Assembly: GCF_964204645.1 (NCBI RefSeq)
Contig: NC_134028.1
Location: 23,804,345-23,868,344 of the forward strand
DNA length: 64,000 bases
Direction: 5' to 3'
Source: Tubulanus polymorphus
Lineage: Eukaryota > Animalia > Nemertea
Shown: in pieces, positions 51,201 to 63,452 of the stretch
Layout: each line of letters starts with the position of its first letter
How positions within the stretch are numbered: position 1 is the stretch's first letter
Program-made: the position numbers and the translations under genes
The notes under the pieces: model-generated
Databases searched by the model: none
What the model saw: the letters and a program-made list of their open reading frames with translations, nothing else
Told to the model about the DNA's origin: nothing

Positions 51201-54200
51201 ACATTATTGTAAGCTGCCCTTTTACGAAGATTGATCAGAGAAAGTGATTTTATTTGTTTTCCTTTTTCTTAGCTGACAGCTTGAAAACATGAATATAAAT
51301 TTAGTCATTTCGGGTTATACGGAAATTGGCGGCAAACCGGAAACTGGACAAAAAGCAATGTTTAGTTTTTTTCTAGCGTGTTGATTACTCGACATGCAAC
51401 TGGGAAACCTTAACCGTGAACAGTAGAATCAGAGTCCCACCAGGGTCCGTTTCACAGAATAACTAAGAGTGTCATCAGTCATAATAACTCAAAACTGATG
51501 AATCTTCAAGGAAGCTTTTAGTCGCCTGTAAAACGGGTATCATCAGCATATCGCAGTAATGGCTCCCTGGGAAAATGGCTCCCACGATTTGACAAAATAG
51601 GTTCAGATGGCGAGATCTTCCACCATCAGTATTTCAGTATATTCCCAATACATCGCCTATACTACAAGACACTCAATCGCCAGATCTCATCGTCTGGATC
51701 CCGATGCGACACTCCACTTTGGTCTACGATGAATTTTTCTCAGAAGAGACGCGTCTCCCGATTTTTCTATCCTCGGTTATTTTCCATTTAAAAAATGATA
51801 ACGCAGCCAATTACAATAAAACGTGTCAAGAACGAACGCCTCAAGTTTCAGTGGTACCCCATTCGCCCATTAGCATAGTGCTTTCCATTATGACCGGCTA
51901 ATCAACTGACAAATGTTATCTTCTCAGAATTTATTTTTCAATAGCAGATAATGTCGTGTAATATTCCATTTTCTGGCTGTTGCTCTTAGATTCTTTGTAC
52001 AAAATAGAATAAGAATTTTCCGTGTCCCTGCATGCTTCCCATCAATTTCTTTATGGCTTTGTACGAAATAGAATATGAATTTTGCGGGTTCTTCCTATCA
52101 ATTTTTGATGATATCATCAGCTATAAATTCTCGACATACCTGATGCGCCTACTACTTAAAAGAAATGCGTATGGAAAAGATCGATTATTGGACAAAGGGA
52201 ATTCATCTCGAAAACGAAATGTTTTCTATATTTCTTTGTAATGATTGTTGCATGTTTACTTGAATATGATCCTCTTTGATGGGGTGAAAATGTTTCACGT
52301 GGTATCATCAAGAGCTTCTGAGGATTTGAACATAACGTACGGTGCACAGGGTGACTGTTTCACTTCCGACTATTACTCACTGAGTATATGTCGTGTTGCA
52401 TTTTCCGTCTTTTCCCGCAAATAGAGCGATCATCGATCTTCGATCCAAGCCCCATAGTTCAAATATATTCCGGCATATATTCTCCGTGTGTATCAGGACA
52501 TCAACCCCTGCTGCTGCTTCCAGTCCCACTAGTTCAAACATTCCCTCGTTTTATGGAGAGTCAGAATGATATACGCCGCTCATATATCATTACGTGAAGA
52601 GCCATCTCGACCAACTGAATATATTCCCATTAACTCATTTTTAATGCTCTTAAAGATGACTTGTACAACATACGTATTTCTCGTATTGTACGTGAAATTT
52701 CTTTCTCGACCAGAGATGGTTCGCTCCCAGGCTTTCGGTTACGCAGAAGACGCGTTGAACAGTCAGAACATAAGTTTAAAAAAAAACTATAACAAGTGTC
52801 CATGTGTAACATAATGATATAAAAGAAATAATACAATGCAAAGGGCATTTGTTATGAGAATGATGGTGATGTATATTATAGCTTTGGAGGTGAGCCAAAT
52901 ACGAAGCATGGCTACTTGTTTAAAGAAAATTTACTGCGGCCATCGTTTCACTTTGAATGGAAATCTTTACGACAAGAACTATACTCATTTAGATCTTCTA
53001 CATGGTGGCTGATTCGCGTCAAATGCAAAATTTCTGATCTACAAATAAGGGTGCTCGAAAGCGAAATCGCCAAAACAAAGGAAAATGAGACATGTAAACT
53101 TGCATTTGGTTTAATATATTGAACATGATTCTTCTAACGGTAGATTTAGACAGAAATATTTACGAAAAAACACCTCGTCCATTTAGCGAACGAAATGGCT
53201 TCGGATCCACGCGAGAACGGATTTTCTAATGTTGTTTAATCACCTGCGATATCGGCGACTAATTCCGCGTTAAATTATTCACGTGAACGGAAGTCGACGG
53301 CGACGACGGCGATTGAAACGTGTCACGTGATCGGTTTTGCGCGTCTGATGTGCGACGAACCGGTTTTCCCTCGCGATTAACTACATCAATGTCACGCCTC
53401 GAAGGAATATCGGAAGTCGAAAATTGAGAAGCGTTTATCAAACGCTTCAGATGGAAAAAAATGATCAGAAATTTTACAGTTTCCGTTCTATTTGACTGAT
53501 GTCGTTGGATTGTATATACGGCACACGTAGCATTCAAAAACAAAATCCTACATTATTCAATCTAATCTATGAAATCCAACTCTAGGAGCTAGATAGACCG
53601 TAGATTGGCGATAGGAGGAGAGAGACACAAGAAAATAATATATCATTACAAATTGATCATACGAAGCTAAGTTAGGTATAATGGCCACAATCATACGTTG
53701 AGAACAGAAACTCATTATATACATATTTAAAGGTTTTAAACTCAAGAATTTATTGAAAAGTAAAATGATTTTTTTGAACTCTCAGTAGAGGTCATCATCA
53801 GATATTGATTTCGTGTCATTTTGATTTTTGATTGAATTAGTTATTGATTTTAATACTTTTTAATCTGTATACAGTGGGTCATATCGTAAGTTATATATTA
53901 ATGAATAGGCCGTCATGCAACCAGAATATTTCTGCAAACTATGAACTAACGAAAACCGAAATATCCACCAGGCACCTGCTGTAGTAATCGACAAGGTAAT
54001 CAGTCGGTAATCGACCGGGTAATCCAGTTACTTTTCGTCAATTCCGTCGTTTCGTAATTTTCGGAAATCTATTAATCCTCGGGAAACACTACGAAGGAAA
54101 GATTCGATCCGGATGGATTTAAGACAACCACGTCTGTATCTTCTCTCCCTCTCTGCGCCCCCTGCCACCCCCTCTCGTCTGATCCCTCTATACTACACCC

Positions 54201-57200
54201 CTCTCTGCGCCCCCTGCCACCCCCTCTCGTATGATCCCTCTACTACACCGACAGTCTTCGAACAAGGCTCGAATTACACGCGTAATTATTAATCTATGAT
54301 CGAATGCTTTTAAGTCCCATTCTATAATATAAGGTTAGCTATCGATTTACGGTACAAATAACTCAGCAATGATGTATCTATCAATAATCCAACCTAACTA
54401 TCATCAGAAGTAGCACTTAATTTCGTTGACTGGCGCATTTATATTTGGAAAATGTTTTCTATTCCGAGCGATGATTGGTGATTCACCTTTTCGGTTTCAT
54501 GTCACATTCCGTTCGGTCGATTATTTGGTTCTATCAGAAAATGCGTTGGCAAAGTCTGTTCCACAAAGGATCCACCTTCGAGGTGGGTATACCGGCCAGC
54601 CTACTCTCAGGAAACTATTCCTCTCTGCCTGACTGTCGGAGACAGTGATCAATTTCCGTGACCTTGGTATCCGATGCACAGGTAAAAATTAAATGGGAAA
54701 GGCGCAGTCTACCGCAAACGCTACAGTGCACACGGTAAATACTAAATAAAAAATGTCGGCGTTTTCATGGAAAACTTTTCTATTCTTATCTTTAAAACTG
54801 TGATCTGATATTATCATCGTTGGGGCATTCATGTACAAAATTACCTAATTGCTGATTTCTATCCGACACGTGGCCGGGATTAGAATATCTTCGCGTCGTT
54901 GATTAACTCAAGTTTCAAATTTCCGTCGAAATTAAGCAGCGCGTTTCTAATTAATCATATCCTCATACGTTTCAACAGGTTTTATCCGTTCGAAATTTGC
55001 GTAGATTAGATTATAGTTGACACACGTAATTTGACGATAAATTGGAAGATATCGTTAAAATCAATACTAGCGCACATTTTAGAATAGTTTACGCACGTAG
55101 CAATCTCAAAGAGCCCAGGCGCCCGACACAGGCAAACACAGAATGAAACACGTTTGATCTCGGAATCATTGTTTCCAAAAACCATGTTTCTCATTTCTCG
55201 TAAACGCACACGACACACGGAAAATTTTCGGAATCGTGTTTCTGTCTCCAGTTTCCGTATTCCCCTGCGTCGTGTTCGTTGGGCTATAAAACACTCTCGT
55301 GCCTCTAAATCATCTTCTAGAATTGCAAAGATATTTCTGGTAACAGAAAAATGTGAAGTTGGTGACTTAGAATCACAATTAGTTTATTTTCAATCGCTCC
55401 TCGGTGGAAATCATAACTCTTGTAATCTGGTATCATTAACTTCAATATTTGCCTATCTATTTTCAGGACAGTTGGACGTAATTTTAAACAGATTATCTGC
55501 ACGCTCTGATTTACTAAAAGATCCTTTCGTGTCGTCTTTATCCGTCAATTTGCGTCTACTTCAAAACTTGGTCGATGTATTCAGTGAACAAGCTACACCG
55601 GCCGTCAGCAATTCCACGCCGAATTATTACAACAGTAAATTTGAACTTTTATCTTTTAACCCGTTTTATATGTAGGGTTTCATCGTGCCACACTGCCCGT
55701 CGTTGTGACATTTTACGTCTGTTAGCCGTGGTGCTGTGACGGCCAATATGACACGTTATGACTGTGCCTCTGTAACTATGAGCTAAAGATGAAATTACAG
55801 TCCGTTTCTTTTTCACTGAAAATCTATTATTTCATTTTTACAGGATTATGGCCGATACTAGTTAAAGGTTTCTGGGCGAAAGCTGAGCCGGCTCGTAGCA
55901 TTAATACAGCGTATATCATGCATAACATCCCGGAGCGTGAATCTATCAAAGAATACCAGTCAGATAATTGTGTGTCAGAGATTTTAAATACTGAGTTAGT
56001 ATGAACGGTTACCCTGCACTACACCCTTTCTCGGTCGAATCTCGATAACGAAATTTTTTTTAATGCATTCATTGAAATATTAAGACCATTTTATTGCAAC
56101 ACAAGAAGTCTTCGATAATACTGACGAGGAGAACCCAACTACCTTTGTCACTTGGATTAAGAAGGACCCTGTATTCAGAAACTGATCTGTTTTATTATTA
56201 TCAATTGTATTTCAGTGGATGGTCAACGAACGAATGCGATATAAACGACGATTGTTGGTCACGTATGACGTCACCGGGCTATAGGATGTATTCATTGTCA
56301 CATGAAGTATTCTATTTAATAATAGGCTCTCAGGTAATGTTTACACAGGGAGAGATATTAAACCTATATAAGTATTTGTCGAAGACTCCGCTAGTTCACG
56401 AAACAGTGACAATTATTGCCTTGGTCCAAGTCAAATATATGACGTCAGCCATGTGTGCCAACTGTGTATTCATACGCGGCGGTTCACACATTTCAGCATC
56501 GAAATAGTCACCGACGAAGTTGTCGACCTAGTGGCCAGGAACGTATCATGTTGCTGTATGGAAAACTAGACTGATCTATAAAAGATTAACACCATCATTG
56601 ATGGACATTATTCTTCTCGAAAAATCTCCCGTGACACCTACCATTGAATATATAGACATATCTAATCTGTATGTCAACATTTATATGTATTTTTATGGCA
56701 GAACCTTATCTCAACACATGCTTCAACTAAATTTCACTGAACAAGCATAGTATTACATGCCAGAGAGTTTGTTGTAAAAATATCCCAAATCCATTTTATA
56801 GACGAGTTTATTCCAGTTAAGTCAATAAAAGGTTTAACCATTTGTAGATATACGAAAAATCATGGTTTTCCTTACGTATCCCGTCACCATGGCGACAGTT
56901 GGGAGTACCCAAAATGTTGTTACTACAAGATAGCCAATGACTCCTGCTAACATGGCATGCATAAACTTGTAAAATATTCCATCATACTTGGCTGCATTAA
57001 AAACTTATTTGAGCTGCTTACTGCAAAAATTAGGTTATATTGAATAAAAGTAGAATTATGGTGGGGTAGCGTTGTTGAAATTTTTCATTGTTGCTTTTTG
57101 CGAAAAGGCCATACCCCATAATGTATGTGTAGGTCAAAAAATTATCCGTTTATCTGCAATACTTTTTGAGTAATAAACCTTTTAAAAAACCCTCCTAAAG

Positions 57201-58416
57201 GCATGTATTTTATCAGCATGTTACCTTAGCAACACAATATCTCGGCCCGGCTCATGTTACCAGGGTTAAAAATCTACCAAAATAAACTTCAGAATTTTAT
57301 CTTTCTTCAGTGAAAATTTGGGCTTTGAGGTATGACCTACGATAAATATTTCACGATTCCAAGCGTATCATAGATTTTGTATAAAGAAATTGTATCGATA
57401 ACTGATGTGATCTCCTGCAGGTATGGAACACAGCGTACGGTATATGACGATACTGATGGGGTGTTAACCAATTGACCCATGAGACCCATCATCACTCCCT
57501 CGAGTGATCGCCATAATACTGATTAATTGTTTTTTTTTTCTTAAACTGGCTTCAGAATAGTTTTTGGAAGATATTTCTTCCTTTGAGACGGTAATGGTAA
57601 TTCTTCAAAATTAAGATGCCACAAACTTCTAAAAAACGGCTGTTTTTGTTCTGAAGATCTAGTAAATGAATTTATTATCTACTTGTCTATATTGCAGTAT
57701 GGATGCAAAGCTAAGATCGATGCTAATATTGAAAAATTCCACCAGGGTAGTTTATCTGAATTGTACAGTAGATTTTGTTCCAATATGTTTGAAGAAGCCA
57801 CAGAAATTGCCGAAAACGATTTTACCGACTTGCAACAAGATCTATTTATGGAGCAAAGTAAGGGCTACGGAATCTAATTGCTGTGACACATCGAAGAGTT
57901 TTGTTTTTAGTTCTGTATTTCATTGCGTTGAATCGAATTTTAATAATACCGCTTAGATATTGGTCATCACCCCGCAATACCCGCCAATTCACTAATTTCA
58001 GTCGCTTTATGTGGTATAGTCGGTTTCAAGGACTTTGCCAAGACCGAATGGTTAAAACGCATACTAAGTTGGCAACGGCCGAGTGGCTGTTACAGTTCGC
58101 GTGATTACAACAAGATTCCCAAAAATTCCAAAGGTAAGAAATCAAAAAAGCTGTTAGAATCTGCGCCAAAACCTATAGCGTGATTTACTATTCTTATTTT
58201 TGCTTTCATCGAATTCATAAATCGAAGACTTAAGTGGTTTTTCTGATTCCAGACGACGACCTGGAGACGAATTCGAGACGGAAACGCGCCGAGAAGGTTC
58301 TAAACGACGGCTGTCTATCGCATAAAACCACTGTAGCTGCCGGGGCTCTGGCCGTTAATGTTCGTTTTATTTTGGAAGATATCCTGAAAAAGGAATTCCA
58401 CACAGATTTATTCTAA
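39269..58416 (+). CDS. C16orf89: UPF0764/C16orf89-like secreted protein, 7 exons, ~15.8 kb first intron
   Basis: Signal peptide; exons ~39269-39643, 55468-55634, 55843-55994, 56215-56333, 57697-57858, 58002-58133, 58252-58416; motifs NLDAIIGVRILQGQL, SDNCVSEIL, CDINDDCWSRMT.PGY..YSLSHEVFY, QDLFMEQ..LCG..GF, WL..ILSWQ..SGCY, RRKRAEK...DGCLSHKTTVA.GAL. Confidence 0.88.
42119..42323. repeat. Degenerate tandem repeat of ~15-16 bp (GTGTGGTGACCAGTCA[G])
   Basis: About 12 imperfect units visible. Confidence 0.85.
48670..48799. mobile_element. 130-bp MITE with perfect 22-bp inverted repeats
   Basis: TTCACGAAACACCCGTAACTTA ... TAAGTTACGGGTGTTTCGTGAA, with internal GCGAC repeats. Confidence 0.75.
50798..50879 (-). 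tRNA. tRNA-Leu(TAG), 82 nt, intronless
   Basis: GGTAGCGTGGCCGAGCGGTCTAAGGCGCTGGTTTTAGGCACCAG...GGCGTGGGTTCGAATTCCACCGCTGCCA: A and B boxes, anticodon stem CTGGT/ACCAG, long variable arm, downstream T-run terminator. Confidence 0.95.
54147..54249. repeat. Two-copy ~52-bp C-rich tandem duplication
   Basis: CCCTCTCTGCGCCCCCTGCCACCCCCTCTCGT(C/A)TGATCCCTCTA(TA)CTACACC twice. Confidence 0.85.
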
Positions 58417-58657
58417 TTAAAGAATTGTTTTCCCTGAACATTTGTTGTTTCATTACTTTGTTTAAGAAGTTAGTGTATGAAACTGCTGTTTTTGTAATCA
58501 GGGTTCGAATAGTTCTTATCGCCGGCCGAAGACCTCCTTCTGACCTCAAGTTATACATGACATCTATTTATCTTTATTGAGGCCATGGACGTATAAACTA
58601 GTCTATATGTCCATATATATACGTCACATTCAGTCGTGTAGAGATTAAGGCAGCAAT

Positions 58658-59515
58658 ATGGATGACGCCCTGTGCAGCGCTTCTTATGAGTCCTTTCTGT
58701 TTCATCACAGCGTGCTCATTACGGCTCCAAAACGATTGTCAGAAATATTGCTTCAATGTTACAGCAATATATCTGATCAAGGTCGAGGTTTACGGGTGCT
58801 TGATATCGGACCAGCTCATGGCCATCTAATAGAGGATGCATTAGCAGAGGCTGAAGTTAAAATTGAACGGTTTGACTGCGTGGAACAGAATATGGCTGCC
58901 GAATTGGAATCACGAATCAAAGGTTTGGCTGAAAAATACAGCTTTGGTTACAAGATACATAACGCACGGTTTTCGACTGAAAGCGTCTCTTTCTTGCCGA
59001 ATCATTTCTATGATTTGTTAATACTTTCGCATGTGCTATACTACTTCCAAGACCCGGCTCAGATTTTGAAGACGGCCTTGTATCAACTGACGAGCGATGA
59101 TGGACGAGCATTCGTCTTGCTGGACCAACGTATGACGTGCGCTACAGTACGAGAAGAGTTGAATAAACTCAGCGGAACATCGAGCGATGATGATGACCAA
59201 TTTCAGCGACGATTTGATATAAACAGAATCCTGTCTGAAGCAGAAACTCAGACGATCAAACAATGGACCGACAATAATGGTTTGCTTCTACATTCGGCGC
59301 TCAAACCAGCTCAACCCTGCTACAGCAAAAATGACGAAAATATGCGGAAAATAGGTGAAGAGGTCCTGTCGTTTTTAACATTACGAAATGTAGGTGCGAT
59401 GTCTGAGGATGAACGAGCGGAGATACAAGATGTCGTCAGGAAATATACGGTGAACAGTTATGGGTTACCGATACTTCCAATAACTACGTTGATGGTTGTA
59501 CTGGCTAGAAAGTGA
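58658..59515 (+). CDS. Class I SAM-dependent methyltransferase, histamine N-methyltransferase-like, copy 1 (285 aa, intronless CDS)
   Basis: Motif I VLDIGPAHG, acidic motif DCVEQN, FYDLLILSHVLYYFQDP resembling HNMT motif IV. Confidence 0.8.
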   Translation: MDDALCSASYESFLFHHSVLITAPKRLSEILLQCYSNISDQGRGLRVLDIGPAHGHLIEDALAEAEVKIERFDCVEQNMAAELESRIKGLAEKYSFGYKIHNARFSTESVSFLPNHFYDLLILSHVLYYFQDPAQILKTALYQLTSDDGRAFVLLDQRMTCATVREELNKLSGTSSDDDDQFQRRFDINRILSEAETQTIKQWTDNNGLLLHSALKPAQPCYSKNDENMRKIGEEVLSFLTLRNVGAMSEDERAEIQDVVRKYTVNSYGLPILPITTLMVVLARK

Positions 59516-59992
59516 GAAAATTAACATTTTCTGTATTTATAATGTTATATGAAGCCAATGAGCATAGTTTAGTTTAACGTTTTATAAACATATCTTAAAT
59601 GATGGACGTTAGGTATATAAAATGACAATGTGAAATAGTTCGTGTGAAGTATCATTTCATGTTATTTGTAGTTTGATTTTTCAATGATTCGTGTATTCAT
59701 GTTCATTTCATACCTTTTTCGGTTACACACAATTCCAATACAAACCATTACAGTCGTAAACAGATTTATTCTAATTAAAAAAACTGTTTTACATTTGGCG
59801 TTTCATTACTTCGTTAAACGAGGGTGGAGGTGGATATCAAATAGCGTTTGAATAGTTCAGTGGCGGAAGGCCTTTTGACTTCCTCCGTTCATTATTCATA
59901 TCTCGTAAATTTGATTTATCTCGACAAGACAAACTACTAAGTAAGATAACAAATATGGGGACTTTACTCACTGGTGTAAAGACTAAGGCAAT

Positions 59993-60856
59993 ATGGAAAA
60001 CGCCCTGTGCAGCGCTTCTTATGAGTCCTTTCTGTTTCATCACAGCGTGCTCATTACAGCTCCAAAACGATTGTCAGAAATATTGCTTCAATGTTACAGC
60101 GATATATCTGATCAAGGTAGGGGTTTACGGGTGCTTGATATCGGACCAGCTCATGGCCATCTAATAGAGGACGCATTAGCAGAGGCTGAAGTTAAAATTG
60201 AACGGTTTGACTGCGTGGAACAGAATAGTTACATGGCTGCCGAATTGGAATCACGAATCAAAGGTTTGGCTGAAAAATACAGCTTTGATTACAAGATACA
60301 TAACGCACGGTTTTCGACTGAGAGCGTCTCTTTCTTGCCGAACCATTTCTATGATTTGTTAATACTTTCGCATGTGCTATACTACTTCCAAGACCCGGCT
60401 CAGATTTTGAAGACTGCCTTGTATCAACTGACGAGCGATGATGGACGAGCATTCGTCTTGCTGGACCAACGTATGACGTGCGCTACAGTACGAGAAGAGT
60501 TGAATAAACTTAGCGGAACATCGAGCGATGATGATGACCAATTTCAGCGACGATTTGATATAAACAGAATATTGTCTGAAGCAGAAACTCAGACGATCAA
60601 ACAATGGACCGAGAATAATGGTTTGCTTCTACATTCGGCGCTCAAACCAGTTCAACCCTGCTACAGCAAAAATGACGAAAATATGCGGAAAATAGGTGAA
60701 GAGGTCCTGTCGTTTTTAACATTACGTAATGTAGGTGCGATATCTGAGGAAGAACGAGCGGAGATAGAAGATGTCGTCAGGAAATATACGGTGAACAGTT
60801 ACGGCTTTCCAATACTTCCAATAACTACGTTGATAGTTGTACTGGCTAGAAAGTGA
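59993..60856 (+). CDS. HNMT-like methyltransferase, copy 2 (287 aa)
   Basis: Near-identical to copy 1, which lacks the SY dipeptide after EQN. Confidence 0.8.
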   Translation: MENALCSASYESFLFHHSVLITAPKRLSEILLQCYSDISDQGRGLRVLDIGPAHGHLIEDALAEAEVKIERFDCVEQNSYMAAELESRIKGLAEKYSFDYKIHNARFSTESVSFLPNHFYDLLILSHVLYYFQDPAQILKTALYQLTSDDGRAFVLLDQRMTCATVREELNKLSGTSSDDDDQFQRRFDINRILSEAETQTIKQWTENNGLLLHSALKPVQPCYSKNDENMRKIGEEVLSFLTLRNVGAISEEERAEIEDVVRKYTVNSYGFPILPITTLIVVLARK

Positions 60857-61124
60857 GAAAATTATCATTTATTAGCTTTTTATCAACATATTCTAAATCA
60901 TTAACGATACGTATATAAAATGCCAATATGAAATAGTTCGTGCAAAAAGTATTTATTTGTAGTTTGATTTCACTGATTCGTGTATTGGTTTTCCTCTCCT
61001 TTTTCGGTGTCGTGTTATCTAAATAGTATATGCAAATATAGTTCAAGAGATGAATATAAACCAAACAATCACCCAGGACTATTGGTAAGTGGGAGCTGTA
61101 TGTTCAAGTACTATGGAATTCCTC

Positions 61125-61723
61125 AAGGGTCTTACGACTTACGAGTTTACGAGTTACGTTTTACGAATTACGACTCACGTTTTACGAGTTACTTATACAT
61201 TTCCTTGAATACGTTACGACTTACGTTTTACGAATTACACGCATTTCACTATTGGCTTCAGATAGCTGAATGGGGCGCATTATTTAAACAGCATAGTGAT
61301 TAAGAGTATATTGTACAGTGACCAGGGTGCCGCATGGCTTCAAAATCTATTGACACGGAACACACGGAGCGGAGATTGAGCTTAATTTGACCATCGGGGA
61401 TTCCGATTCCTAGAACAAGCCTTTTGTTTTCAACAATAAGAAATGTGTTTATTTTTTGAAAACACATCGTTACAGCCATCCATCTACAAAATTAAAATTC
61501 GGTTATAATTACAACACGCATCACATACAACGCTCGTTTGAAAGCTCACGCGGTTTCATAATTCAATTGTCCTTGTCCTCTCGCGATAAATTAAACCCAA
61601 ACGCACGGCAGCTAAATCGTTATTTGTGAAACATAACTTGTTATTCGTAACTCGTAAAACGTAAGTCGCAACGATTCGTAAAACGTAACTCGTAAGTCGT
61701 AACTCGTAAGTCGTACGGCCCTT
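61125..61723. mobile_element. Foldback-like non-autonomous element with modular TTACGA repeats in its TIRs
   Basis: AAGGGTCTTACGACTTACGAG... and ...CTCGTAAGTCGTACGGCCCTT; ~80-100 bp arms built from TTACGA/TTACGT units. Confidence 0.75.
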
Positions 61724-61807
61724 CGCCTGATTTAAATGCTGAAGCTATTTTATGTTTGCAAGTGGATGATATTTATGGTTCTATTTTCTGTGCACATACG
61801 GACGACC

Positions 61808-62686
61808 ATGGATGACATACAGTACACATCATCTTACAAATCTCTTCTGTTTCACCACAGTGTGCTCATTACAGCTCCGAAACGATTATCCGAAATATTG
61901 CTTCAATGTTACAGCGATATATCTGATCAAGGTCGAGGTTTACGAGTACTCGAAATCGGACCCGGTCATGGTCATCTAATAGAGGACGCATTGGCAGAGG
62001 CTGAAGTTAAAATTGAACGGTTTGACTGCGTGGAACAGAATAGTTACATGGCTGCCGAATTGGAATCACGAATCAAAGGTTTGGCTGAAAAATACAGCTT
62101 TGATTACAAGATACATAACGCACGGTTTTCGACTGAAAGCGTCTCTTTCTTGCCGAATCATTTCTATGATTTGTTAATACTTTCGCATGTGCTATACTAC
62201 TTCCAAGATCCGGCTCAGATTTTGAAGACGGCCTTGTATCAACTGACGAGCGATGATGGACGAGCATTCGTCTGCTTGGACCAACGTATGCCATTCATCA
62301 CGATACGCGATGAGTTAGATAGAGTTATTCCACGAACCAGTGAAACATCGATCAACATCAAACACCAGAAGGGAACCTTTGATATAGAAATGGTTTTGAA
62401 CAAAGCAGAAACTCAAACTATTAACCAATGGAGCGACAATACCGGTATCCTTCTTCATTTGGCGCTCAAACCAGCTCGACCCTGTTTCAGCACACGCGAC
62501 GAGAACATGCGTAAAATAGGTGACGATGTTTTGTCGTTTATCGTGCAAAGAGATGTAGGTGCTATGTCAGATGAAGAGCGTGTAGTGGTACAAGATATCT
62601 TCAGGAAATATTCGGTGGAAGTTGACGCTTTTCCTGTACTACCGATAACTACAATAATGTATGTTTTGACTAGAAATAGCAAGTAA
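61808..62686 (+). CDS. HNMT-like methyltransferase, copy 3
   Basis: Start MDDIQY aligns with paralog starts; motif I VLEIGPGHG; diverged C-terminal half. Confidence 0.8.
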   Translation: MDDIQYTSSYKSLLFHHSVLITAPKRLSEILLQCYSDISDQGRGLRVLEIGPGHGHLIEDALAEAEVKIERFDCVEQNSYMAAELESRIKGLAEKYSFDYKIHNARFSTESVSFLPNHFYDLLILSHVLYYFQDPAQILKTALYQLTSDDGRAFVCLDQRMPFITIRDELDRVIPRTSETSINIKHQKGTFDIEMVLNKAETQTINQWSDNTGILLHLALKPARPCFSTRDENMRKIGDDVLSFIVQRDVGAMSDEERVVVQDIFRKYSVEVDAFPVLPITTIMYVLTRNSK

Positions 62687-62700
62687 TGGTTTATGAAATA

Positions 62701-63169
62701 CAGTATAAACCTTGCGCAAGTCGGATCTTTTGGGACCAAGAAGAATCCTCCGACTTGGGATAAGTTGGATAACCAGCCTTTTCCCGAAAGCTATGAATTG
62801 AGGATTGATTTCTGTAAACGGAAAAACTGAATTAACATCTTTAAGAAATGATTTAAACACAGAAACATTCCGGCTTTATTTTTTCTATTCTAATACACTA
62901 AACCACAACGACATAACGACTGTTGACACGCATCGTCGATTCCACGCCAGGAACAGGGGTCGGAACGGGAAAGAAATCAAACTGTAATTGGAAGAAGGTA
63001 GCCCTCCGACTTTCGGTGAGTGATCACTGATTTTTTATTTATAGGACCAAGAAAAGTATTACGAGAACATTCCGACTTACAAATCCGACTTTGGAATATA
63101 TATCGGGACCATCAATATAATCATCCGATATAACCGATTTATGCGACTGTCGCCGACTCGCGTTTACTG
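62701..63169. mobile_element. Degenerate pogo/Tc1-like MITE
   Basis: TA|CAGTATAAAC...GTTTACTG|TA ends; repeated internal TCCGACTT and GGACCAAGAA motifs. Confidence 0.5.
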
Positions 63170-63195
63170 TACATATAAAAATAAATACTGTACAT

Positions 63196-63236
63196 AGGAA
63201 AATAAGGTCACCACATGTTACAACAATTATAAGCTA

Positions 63237-63326
<90 letters not shown>

Positions 63327-63367
63327 TAGCTTATAATTGTTGTAACATGTGGTGACCTTATTTTCCT
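63196..63367. repeat. Perfect 172-bp palindrome: 43-bp unique arms around (AT)43
   Basis: AGGAAAATAAGGTCACCACATGTTACAACAATTATAAGCTAGT-(AT)n-exact reverse complement. Confidence 0.95.
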
Positions 63368-63452
63368 GTATTATCAAGTTGAATATGATAGATCATATCA
63401 AACCGAGTTTTGTCAAACACAGTTTCTTACAGGCAATATATAGTCACGAACA

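Noticed and set aside
51211-51233. miR-22/745-like sequence AAGCTGCC
   Set aside because: The seed region has no pairing partner, so no pre-miRNA hairpin forms.
40000-55400. Numerous 60-170 aa ORFs in the large intron as nested genes
   Set aside because: No recognisable domains, many non-ATG starts, and no consistent splice-linked reading frame.
61736-61807. 24-aa hydrophobic N-terminal extension of methyltransferase copy 3
   Set aside because: Paralogs start at the position equivalent to ATG 61808, which has better context (ACCATGG); the extension abuts a transposon end and is probably incidental.
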